This document shows, one piece after another, positions 57,030 through 64,000 of a DNA stretch of 64,000 nucleotides. The stretch lies in contig JAFLCD010000003.1 in the NCBI GenBank assembly GCA_017302715.1, positions 83,154 through 147,153 of the forward strand. The letters are read 5' to 3'. How positions within the stretch are numbered: position 1 is the stretch's first letter; each line of letters starts with the position of its first letter. The notes below the pieces were generated by a model. It was not told the DNA's origin. It ran no database searches and saw only the letters and a program-made list of their open reading frames with translations. A program made the position numbers and the translations under genes. This DNA is from Deltaproteobacteria bacterium (lineage in GTDB: Bacteria > Bdellovibrionota > UBA2394).

Positions 57030-58892
57030 ATGGCTGCAGAATATTCAAAAGAAGTTTCCAGCGTAATGGGATTGCATGTTGAGGGTTCTTCTACAAAATC
57101 GGCGAGACCGATTTTGATTTTACTTATCGAAGACCGATTACCTGACGCAAAATTATTTCAGAAAATTTTATCTCAAGCAGGAGACGCAGATCGTTACTGG
57201 TTGATTCATGTAAAAAGATTATCGGTTGCTCTTCGAATGCTTGAGCGCGAGAGAGTCGATGTCGTCATGCTCGATTTAACTTTGCCTGACAGTCATGGCC
57301 TTGGCGCAATCGAATCGATTCGCAGTGTTACACCTGGTTTGCCGATTGTTGTTCTTACCGGTTTAGAGGATGATTCGGTTGGAGTGGATGCGCTCAAAAA
57401 AGGTGCGCAGGATTATCTTTTAAAAGATTCTATTACGGCAGAAAGTTTATCTGCCTCGATCAAGCATGCAATTGAAAGACAAAAACTTTGGTCTAATCTC
57501 GAAGACGAACTTCAAAAAGAACGCTATGTTTCTGATTTTGATGAGCTTACAAAATTAGCAAGCCGCCAACTTTATGAAACGAGATTAGAGTACGCACTTG
57601 AGCAAGCTCACAGAGAGTCCAAGGTGGTTGGCATCTTTTTTATGGATGTGAATGGTTTTCGTAAAGTGAACGAAGACTTTGGTTCTCAGGCGGGGGACTA
57701 TGTTCTTAAAACAGTTTCGGATCGTTTGAGTAAGCTCGTTCGAAAAAACGATACAGTGTCTCGATACGGAGATGATAAATTCGCTCTGACTTTATACGAT
57801 ATTCGCGATGCGGATTCTGCCGCAAAGGTTGCAAAAAAGATTTTGCAATTATTTTCTGAGCCAGTCTTGTGGCAAGATCAAATCATTTCATTAACAGCAA
57901 GCCTCGGGATATCCGTATATCCTGCAGATGATCTTCGAATGAATCGGCTCCTAGGGGCTGCAGAGGCTTCACTCTATCAAGCAAAAGCTCAGGGAAAAAA
58001 TACATATGCCTTTTTTTCAAGACTTTTAAATTTAAAAATTAATGAGTCCAATTTGCTCGAAATAAAACTGAAAGAGGCAATAGAGACAAAAAATTTAAAA
58101 GTTTCTTATTCACCTCTTTTCAATTTGAGTTCTAGGACGGTGAGAGGTTTTGCAGCAAAAATTGAATTTTTAGATTTAGAATTAGAAAACGCTTCAAAAT
58201 CTCAATTGATTTCCTTGGCCGATCAGGCCGCATTAATTCCTGAAATGAATCGATGGTTGTTAAGATCTGTTTGTGGACAAATTGTGGAACTTTATAAATC
58301 TGGCTTTCCAAAAACGATGATGTCTTTGCGGTTATATCCTGAGCAACTTCATCATCCAGATTTCATCGAGAGTGTTAGATCCGCTTTGGCAGAATTTTCT
58401 TTAGAGCCTAGTTTGTTACACTTTGATTTTTCTGAGAGTGTAATTCCAGAGCGCGGAAGTGAGAGAGCCCCTGAAAGAATGGATGAAATTTTAGAACGTT
58501 TAAGTGAAATTGGGGTTCGTTTAAATCTGTGTGATTATGGAGTAGGTCACTCATCATTAACCTATCTGACTCACCTTCGAAAATTTGCGTTGGATGCTAT
58601 TAAGATCCCGCCAACACTTATCCACAAACTCAATCGCTCTAAAGAAGCGCGTGATTTAGTGGAATCCGCGATCGCGATTGCTCACCAAATGAGATTGAAA
58701 GTGATGGCAGAAGGTGTTGATCAGCAAGATTTATTAAGAAAGCTTGAAGAGCTTGGTTGTGATGAGGCTCATGGATCAGAACTCGGAGAAAATCTTCACT
58801 CCGAGTCTATTCCAGAGTTTCTTCAAAGAGAGATTGCAAAACTTTCTGATCAAATTCCTGAGAAATATACTCATCCCGGTCTTTCGACTTGA
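57030..58892 (+). CDS. response-regulator receiver - GGDEF - EAL protein with degenerate GGDEF (RYGDDKF) and degenerate EAL motifs
   Basis: Receiver (ILLIEDRLPDAKLF..VVMLDLTLPDSHG), GGDEF domain with RYGDDKF in place of RxGGDEF, and an EAL domain where the EAL triad position reads AAK and DDFGTGYSS reads CDYGVGHSS. The C-terminal EGVDQQDLLRKLEELGCDEAHG region is retained. Confidence 0.8.
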   Translation: MAAEYSKEVSSVMGLHVEGSSTKSARPILILLIEDRLPDAKLFQKILSQAGDADRYWLIHVKRLSVALRMLERERVDVVMLDLTLPDSHGLGAIESIRSVTPGLPIVVLTGLEDDSVGVDALKKGAQDYLLKDSITAESLSASIKHAIERQKLWSNLEDELQKERYVSDFDELTKLASRQLYETRLEYALEQAHRESKVVGIFFMDVNGFRKVNEDFGSQAGDYVLKTVSDRLSKLVRKNDTVSRYGDDKFALTLYDIRDADSAAKVAKKILQLFSEPVLWQDQIISLTASLGISVYPADDLRMNRLLGAAEASLYQAKAQGKNTYAFFSRLLNLKINESNLLEIKLKEAIETKNLKVSYSPLFNLSSRTVRGFAAKIEFLDLELENASKSQLISLADQAALIPEMNRWLLRSVCGQIVELYKSGFPKTMMSLRLYPEQLHHPDFIESVRSALAEFSLEPSLLHFDFSESVIPERGSERAPERMDEILERLSEIGVRLNLCDYGVGHSSLTYLTHLRKFALDAIKIPPTLIHKLNRSKEARDLVESAIAIAHQMRLKVMAEGVDQQDLLRKLEELGCDEAHGSELGENLHSESIPEFLQREIAKLSDQIPEKYTHPGLST

Positions 58893-58923
58893 GTCTGTAG
58901 CTTAAAGCTGTCAAATTTTTGGG

Positions 58924-60078
58924 ATGAGGGTTGGCGTTTTAAGTGATAGCAGTGATCGTTCGTCTCAAATTTCTGAAACTAGAGTCGCGGCAACGCCCGA
59001 TTCGGTAAAAAAATTAAAAAAATTGGGTTTGGATGTAGCGATTGAAAGTGGAGCTGGTCTTAAGGCTGGTTTTTCGGATGACTTATATAAAGCTCAAGGA
59101 GCTGAAATTTTATCGGCTTCTGATATTTTTAAATCAGATATTCTTTTAAAAGTTCATCGACCGAATGATTCTGAAATTTCTCAGATTAAATCCAAATCCA
59201 CGCTCATTTGTTTGAGCGATCCTTATTCAGGCGCTGAAAATTTTTTTGATAAGTTAGCTAAGCAAAATATCAACGCGTTTGCGATGGAGTTGATTCCGCG
59301 TACAACACGCGCGCAATCGATGGATGTGCTTTCTTCTCAAGCAAACATCGCTGGTTATCGCGCGGTGATCGAAGCTTGCTCTCATTACGGAAGATTTTCT
59401 TCGATGATGATGACGTCAGCGGGGATGGCAAAGCCCGCAAAAGTTTTAGTATTGGGTGTAGGCGTAGCAGGATTGCAAGCCATTGCAACGGCCAAGAGAC
59501 TCGGTGGCGTTGTAGAAGCTTTTGATGTGCGAGCTGCCGTGAAGGAGCAAGTTCTCTCGCTTGGCGCAAAATTTTTAGAACTTAATTTGGGTGAAGAAGG
59601 TTCGGGAACGGGTGGTTATGCCAAAGAACTTTCTGAAGCAGGTAAGAAGAAACAAATGGAATTGCTCACTCAAGAAATAAAAAGATTTGATTGGGTGATT
59701 TCGACAGCGAATATTCCCGGAAGAAAAGCTCCTGTTTTAATTACAGAAGAAGCACTTAAAGGAATGCGACCTGGCTCGGTGATCGTTGATATGGCTGCGC
59801 AAAACGGGGGCAATTGCCCTCTGACCGAAGCCAATAAAACAGTGACGAAATATGGTGTGACTCTCATCGGAGTGACCAATTTTCCTGCGTTAGTTCCTAC
59901 GGATTCGAGTGCGTTTTATTCTAATAATTTAGTGAATCTTTTATCTCTGATGGTGAAGCCAAAAGATGGCAAAGCCGAATTTAATATAGATATGAAGGAC
60001 GATATTTTAGAAGCCTCGTTGGTAGTTCAGGCAGGAGAAAATTCTGGAAGCATTCGATTTGGAAAGAAGGTGAGTTGA
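58924..60078 (+). CDS. pntAA: NAD(P) transhydrogenase subunit alpha part 1 (dI, NAD(H)-binding)
   Basis: AlaDH/PNT N- and C-domains with a Rossmann motif ([13 protein letters not shown]). Followed by pntAB and pntB. Confidence 0.85.
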   Translation: MRVGVLSDSSDRSSQISETRVAATPDSVKKLKKLGLDVAIESGAGLKAGFSDDLYKAQGAEILSASDIFKSDILLKVHRPNDSEISQIKSKSTLICLSDPYSGAENFFDKLAKQNINAFAMELIPRTTRAQSMDVLSSQANIAGYRAVIEACSHYGRFSSMMMTSAGMAKPAKVLVLGVGVAGLQAIATAKRLGGVVEAFDVRAAVKEQVLSLGAKFLELNLGEEGSGTGGYAKELSEAGKKKQMELLTQEIKRFDWVISTANIPGRKAPVLITEEALKGMRPGSVIVDMAAQNGGNCPLTEANKTVTKYGVTLIGVTNFPALVPTDSSAFYSNNLVNLLSLMVKPKDGKAEFNIDMKDDILEASLVVQAGENSGSIRFGKKVS

Positions 60079-60368
60079 TGTCAGATACGATGGTCGGAGT
60101 TTATGTTTTTATTCTTTCTTGCTTCGTAGGATATCACGTGATTTGGGGAGTAACGCCTGCACTTCACACTCCTTTGATGGCGGTTACGAATGCAATCAGT
60201 GCGATCGTTATTGTAGGCGCCATTTTAGTTTCTGGTGCAAATTCTTCTTCATTTGGAGTTTTTGAAGTTGTTGGTTTTTTTGCAGTAGTTTTAGCGGCCA
60301 TTAATATTTTTGGTGGCTTTGTCGTTACAAATCGAATGCTCAGCATGTTTAAGAAGAAGAAATCCTAA
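60075..60368 (+). CDS. pntAB: NAD(P) transhydrogenase subunit alpha part 2 (membrane)
   Basis: 97 aa with three TM helices. ATGA overlap with pntAA. Confidence 0.8.
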   Translation: MMSDTMVGVYVFILSCFVGYHVIWGVTPALHTPLMAVTNAISAIVIVGAILVSGANSSSFGVFEVVGFFAVVLAAINIFGGFVVTNRMLSMFKKKKS

Positions 60369-60369
60369 A

Positions 60370-61752
60370 ATGAATCCTGATATTTTTTCTCTCATTTATT
60401 TAGTCGCAACTATTCTTTTTATTTTTGGCTTGAAGGGGCTGAGTTCTCCAAAGACAGCTCTTCAAGGAAATTTTTCTGCGATGCTTGGTATGGCGATCGC
60501 TGTTGTCGCTACACTTTGTCAGCCCGAAGTAAAAAATTATGAATGGATTATCGCAGGAATCGTAGTGGGCGGCGTGATCGGAATTGTCGTCGCACAGAAA
60601 ATTAGCATGACGGCCATGCCTCAATTGGTTGCTGCGCTTCACAGTTTCGTTGGGCTTTCTGCAGTGCTTGTTGCGGTGGGAACTTTTCAAACGCATTTAA
60701 ATGGATCGCATATGAATGGGGTTTTAGCTTTGGAGCTAGGGCTCGGAGCGGTGATCGGCGCGATTACATTTTCGGGATCTGTTATAGCGTTTGGAAAACT
60801 ACAGGCGATTTTTACATCTAATCCACTCGTCTTTAAAGGACAGCATTTTTTAAATTTAGTTTTGGGAATTTTTATTCTCGTTGGACTCGTTCAGTTTATT
60901 TATGAGCCATCGTGGATGCCTTTTTTGGTGATCACAGGAGTTTCTTTCTTATTGGGATTTTTGTTGGTTCTGCCAATCGGTGGTGCCGATATGCCCGTGA
61001 TTGTTTCGATGTTGAATTCTTATTCGGGTTGGGCTGCTTCGGCGACGGGATTTACTTTAAATAATCAACTTTTGATCGCGACAGGCGCGCTTGTCGGAAG
61101 CTCCGGCGCGATTCTTTCTTATATTATGTGTCATGCGATGAATCGCTCTTTCATTTCTGTGATTCTCGGTGGTTTTGGTGGAGATGCAGCTGCGGCGGCT
61201 GTAACTTCTTCGGCAGGAAAAAATGTAAAATCAGCTGCGTCTGAAGACGTCGCTTTTGTTTTAGAAAATTCTTCGAAGGTAATTATTATTCCTGGTTACG
61301 GAATGGCTGTAGCTCAGGCTCAGCACGTGATTCGCGAAATTTATGATTTGCTTCACGAAAAGGGAGTCGATGTTCGTTTTGCGATTCATCCTGTGGCGGG
61401 GCGTATGCCCGGGCATATGAATGTGCTTTTAGCTGAAGCTGAAATTCCTTATGATTGCGTTTTTGAAATGGATGAAATCAATTCTGAATTTTCGACAACC
61501 GATGTCGCGTATGTGATTGGAGCGAATGATGTCGTTAATCCGGATGCAAAAAATAATAAGACAAGTCCGCTCTATGGAATGCCGATCTTGGATGTTTTTA
61601 AAGCAAAACAAATTTTTGTCTCTAAGCGATCCATGGGTGTGGGTTACGCGGGCGTAGATAATTCGCTTTTCTATTATGACAATTGTTCGTTGGTGTTTGG
61701 TGATGCCAAGGTAACTTGCGAAAAAATTCTTACCGCTTTGAAGAGCTCTTAA
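60370..61752 (+). CDS. pntB: NAD(P) transhydrogenase subunit beta
   Basis: Start at MNPDIFSLIY two nucleotides after the pntAB stop. Multi-TM N-terminus and a C-terminal dIII NADP(H)-binding domain (GYGMAVAQAQH, ...GANDVVNP). Confidence 0.9.
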   Translation: MNPDIFSLIYLVATILFIFGLKGLSSPKTALQGNFSAMLGMAIAVVATLCQPEVKNYEWIIAGIVVGGVIGIVVAQKISMTAMPQLVAALHSFVGLSAVLVAVGTFQTHLNGSHMNGVLALELGLGAVIGAITFSGSVIAFGKLQAIFTSNPLVFKGQHFLNLVLGIFILVGLVQFIYEPSWMPFLVITGVSFLLGFLLVLPIGGADMPVIVSMLNSYSGWAASATGFTLNNQLLIATGALVGSSGAILSYIMCHAMNRSFISVILGGFGGDAAAAAVTSSAGKNVKSAASEDVAFVLENSSKVIIIPGYGMAVAQAQHVIREIYDLLHEKGVDVRFAIHPVAGRMPGHMNVLLAEAEIPYDCVFEMDEINSEFSTTDVAYVIGANDVVNPDAKNNKTSPLYGMPILDVFKAKQIFVSKRSMGVGYAGVDNSLFYYDNCSLVFGDAKVTCEKILTALKSS

Positions 61753-62692
61753 AAAATTCGTAAGCACCTAAGACAGTCAGCCCCGTAAACAGAGGCAAAA
61801 TATAATAGATTAATCTGAAGACTAGTAAGCTTCCTAAAATTTCTGGTCTCGAAATATTTTCAGATAAAAATCTAACAATCAAAGCTTCAAAAATTCCTAA
61901 GCCTCCTGGGACGTGGCTAATTAAACCTACAATCTGCGCTAAAATAAAAATCTGTAGGATTTGAAGAAAATCCATTCCGTGTCCGGCGGGTAAAAGCACA
62001 AAAAAAACAGATGCCGCCAATATCCAATCCACAGAAGATGCGGCGATTTGTCCCGCGGCCATCTGAGGTGTTGGGATTGGAATATTCCACGAGCCCAAAG
62101 GAACAGGCTTTTTTCTATAAAAAACAAAGACTAAAAAAAGTAGAGTGACGGCGAGTGAAATAAATCCAAGAGGAAGTGTGGTGTGGCCTTCTAAAAATCC
62201 GATCCCGGCCAAACTGACAGGCTCATAGAAAAAAATAATTGCTCCAATAAAAGCAATTCCTGTCCAGCAGGTGACATTGGTGAAAGCGACTACTTTGGCG
62301 GCGTTGAGAGCAGAAATTTTCCAGCGCGAATAAAAGCGGTAACGCATGGAAGTCCCTGTAATAATGGGCCAACCCAAATTATTACTGAACGAATAACCCA
62401 AAAAAGAAGAGATCACGAGACGGCCAAACGAAAGTTTTTGTTTGATATAGTGAAGTGCGAGTGCGTCGTAAGCGGTGAGAGCAAAATAACAAAGATAGGT
62501 AAGAGCAATCGCTAAAAAAATTTGAGTCGAAGTAAAATCATTCAAATGAGCGAGTAGCGTGTCGAGAGTATAGTGATGAAGCTCTCGATAAAGCACGAAC
62601 ATGGCCGCGAAGAAAAAAACAATGGGCAAAATACGCGGCGTCCACTTGCTGATCCATTCCTTCATTCGCGTTAGATTAGCCTTAAACGCCAA
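61730..62692 (-). CDS. UPF0104 / lysylphosphatidylglycerol-synthase-TM-like (flippase-like) membrane protein
   Basis: 320 aa with about 8 TM helices. Resembles the LPG_synthase_TM/UPF0104 family (e.g. YRELHHYT, FLGYSFSNNLG). Confidence 0.5.
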   Translation of the reverse strand: MAFKANLTRMKEWISKWTPRILPIVFFFAAMFVLYRELHHYTLDTLLAHLNDFTSTQIFLAIALTYLCYFALTAYDALALHYIKQKLSFGRLVISSFLGYSFSNNLGWPIITGTSMRYRFYSRWKISALNAAKVVAFTNVTCWTGIAFIGAIIFFYEPVSLAGIGFLEGHTTLPLGFISLAVTLLFLVFVFYRKKPVPLGSWNIPIPTPQMAAGQIAASSVDWILAASVFFVLLPAGHGMDFLQILQIFILAQIVGLISHVPGGLGIFEALIVRFLSENISRPEILGSLLVFRLIYYILPLFTGLTVLGAYEFFKSSSKR

Positions 62693-62780
62693 AAAATAGC
62701 GAGTTATCGAAAGTGATTTCCCATCACGGCCGATGAATTGCTAGGAAAAACTTTAGAATCAGTTAAATTAGAATACAGAT

Positions 62781-63908
62781 ATGAAAAAAACCTATTTCAG
62801 AGCTGGTGGAGATAAGGCAGAGCCTTTCTCACCGAATTGGTTAAATATTTCTTTTGTCGTTCCTATTCACTTAGCAGGTTTATTAGCTTGGCCCATTTAT
62901 GTGGCGATGGGCGGCGGAATCCAGTGGCAAGAATGTGCAGCTTTCGTTTTCATGTTTGCCCTCGGCGCGATTGGCGTTGATGTCGGCTATCATCGCGGTT
63001 TTTCTCATTTAAGTTTTAAGATGTCGACGCCACTTAAAATTCTCGCGCTATTTGGCGGCGCTTCTGTGGCTGAAGGTTCTGTTTTAACTTGGTGTTCGGA
63101 TCATCGTAGACATCATAAATTTCAAGATACAGATCAAGACCCTTACAATATTAAACGCGGTTTTTGGTGGGCGCATATCGGTTGGATTTTTGGAAACGCT
63201 ACCACTACCAATTTTGCAAACTGCCCCGATCTTGAAAGAGACCCTTGGATTAGAAATCAGCACAAATATTATATTTGGTGGTTACTCGTTTCGAGTTTTT
63301 TACTTCCGTTAGGAATTGGATTTTTACTCGGCCGACCACTCGCAACTTTTTTATTCGCAGGTCTTACGCGATTGATGTTCATCGATCATTGTACATTCTT
63401 GATTAATTCTTATGCTCATTATTTTGGTCGCCGACCTTACTCGACTGAAATCACAGCGAGAGATTCTTTAATTTGTGCTCTGCTTGCTCAAGGTGAGGGC
63501 TGGCATAATTTTCATCATCGTTTTCCTTGGGATTACAGAAATGGTCATCGCTTCTATCATTATGATCCAACCAAATGGTTTATTTATTTTGGACAGTTCT
63601 TGGGACTTACAAGAAATTTAAAAGTAACTCCGGCTCCAGAAATTTATCGAGCTAGAATTCAGACCTTAAAGGGAAAGGTTCAAAGCGATTGCCCGAAATT
63701 TTCAAAGGTTTCTGAATCTTTAGATGCAGCACTTTTAAAATGGCATCATCTTTCGATGGAATGGCAGTCATTTAAAAATGGCATCGGACATGCTGGTTCA
63801 GAGCAGATGCAGCAGATTGCCAAAAATCTTGAAGAGGCGAAGCAAGATTTTAAAGAAAAGTTTAACGAGTGGCGAGTCGCTCACCGTTCTCAGCCTTCGA
63901 TCGCTTAA
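62781..63908 (+). CDS. acyl-CoA (delta-9-type) fatty-acid desaturase with C-terminal extension
   Basis: His boxes HRGFSH, HRRHHKF and HNFHHRFPWDY in membrane-desaturase spacing; about 100-aa hydrophilic C-terminal tail. Confidence 0.8.
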   Translation: MKKTYFRAGGDKAEPFSPNWLNISFVVPIHLAGLLAWPIYVAMGGGIQWQECAAFVFMFALGAIGVDVGYHRGFSHLSFKMSTPLKILALFGGASVAEGSVLTWCSDHRRHHKFQDTDQDPYNIKRGFWWAHIGWIFGNATTTNFANCPDLERDPWIRNQHKYYIWWLLVSSFLLPLGIGFLLGRPLATFLFAGLTRLMFIDHCTFLINSYAHYFGRRPYSTEITARDSLICALLAQGEGWHNFHHRFPWDYRNGHRFYHYDPTKWFIYFGQFLGLTRNLKVTPAPEIYRARIQTLKGKVQSDCPKFSKVSESLDAALLKWHHLSMEWQSFKNGIGHAGSEQMQQIAKNLEEAKQDFKEKFNEWRVAHRSQPSIA

Positions 63909-64000
63909 TTTTACTCTAAGTGAATGGGTGGAGACTCTTGATTGTAGAGTTCATCCACCAACGATTTTAATTTCGCGCTAATAGAAACTTTATAAGGCGT

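Noticed and set aside
1-64000. Looked for CRISPR arrays, transposases, integrases and phage genes
   Set aside because: No regularly spaced direct repeats and no transposase or integrase-like ORFs were found. The only mobility-like signals are the tRNA 3'-end duplicate and the palindromic repeats, which are reported separately.

Overview
AT-rich (roughly 40% GC by eye) bacterial chromosomal window, densely coding on both strands. It reads like a low-GC proteobacterium; a Bdellovibrio-like predatory lineage is a plausible but unproven guess, and no rRNA is present to place it.

The window starts with a housekeeping block: rsmI (5' partial), hemE, hemY, purK, purE, an acyl-CoA dehydrogenase, ssb, plsC, a Hanks-type Ser/Thr kinase and ribF.

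A complete type IVa pilus module follows (pilB-pilT-pilC-pilS-pilR-pilA). Its pilin gene abuts a roughly 14 kb glycan-synthesis island that ends at a second, divergently oriented pilin gene. The island encodes a GT-C-fold polytopic membrane protein with an STT3-like loop motif, a split GDP-mannose pyrophosphorylase/cupin pair, several GT2/GT4/CgeB-like glycosyltransferases, an MsbA/PglK-like ABC exporter and a GtrB/DPM1-like polyprenyl-phosphate glycosyltransferase. This is my best candidate for a previously undescribed system: a lipid-linked-glycan pathway that modifies pilin or another surface protein.

Other notable items are listed in the findings:
- Three paralogous secreted proteins share a strongly conserved C-terminal 'TWWFW...G-rich...YF' transmembrane anchor.
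- Two copies of a roughly 75-88 nt palindromic repeat flank a type III glutamine synthetase gene (glnN).
- A tRNA-Leu(UAA) gene lies 146 nt from a 22-nt duplicate of its own 3' end, with a possible degenerate variable-arm copy in between. This looks like an att-scar or tRNA remnant.
- A signalling cluster holds a multi-PAS histidine kinase, an Rcp1-like receiver, an atypical OmpR-type regulator and a receiver-GGDEF-EAL protein whose catalytic motifs are both degenerate.
- An orphan HNH endonuclease gene.
- A strong attenuator-like hairpin sits upstream of prfC.

The rest is housekeeping: dsbD, an NAD-IDH-like dehydrogenase, infA, fabD, a secreted S8 protease, pntAA/AB/B, a UPF0104 membrane protein, a delta-9 acyl-CoA desaturase and an MMPL/RND exporter. 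No CRISPR array, transposase or integrase was seen.
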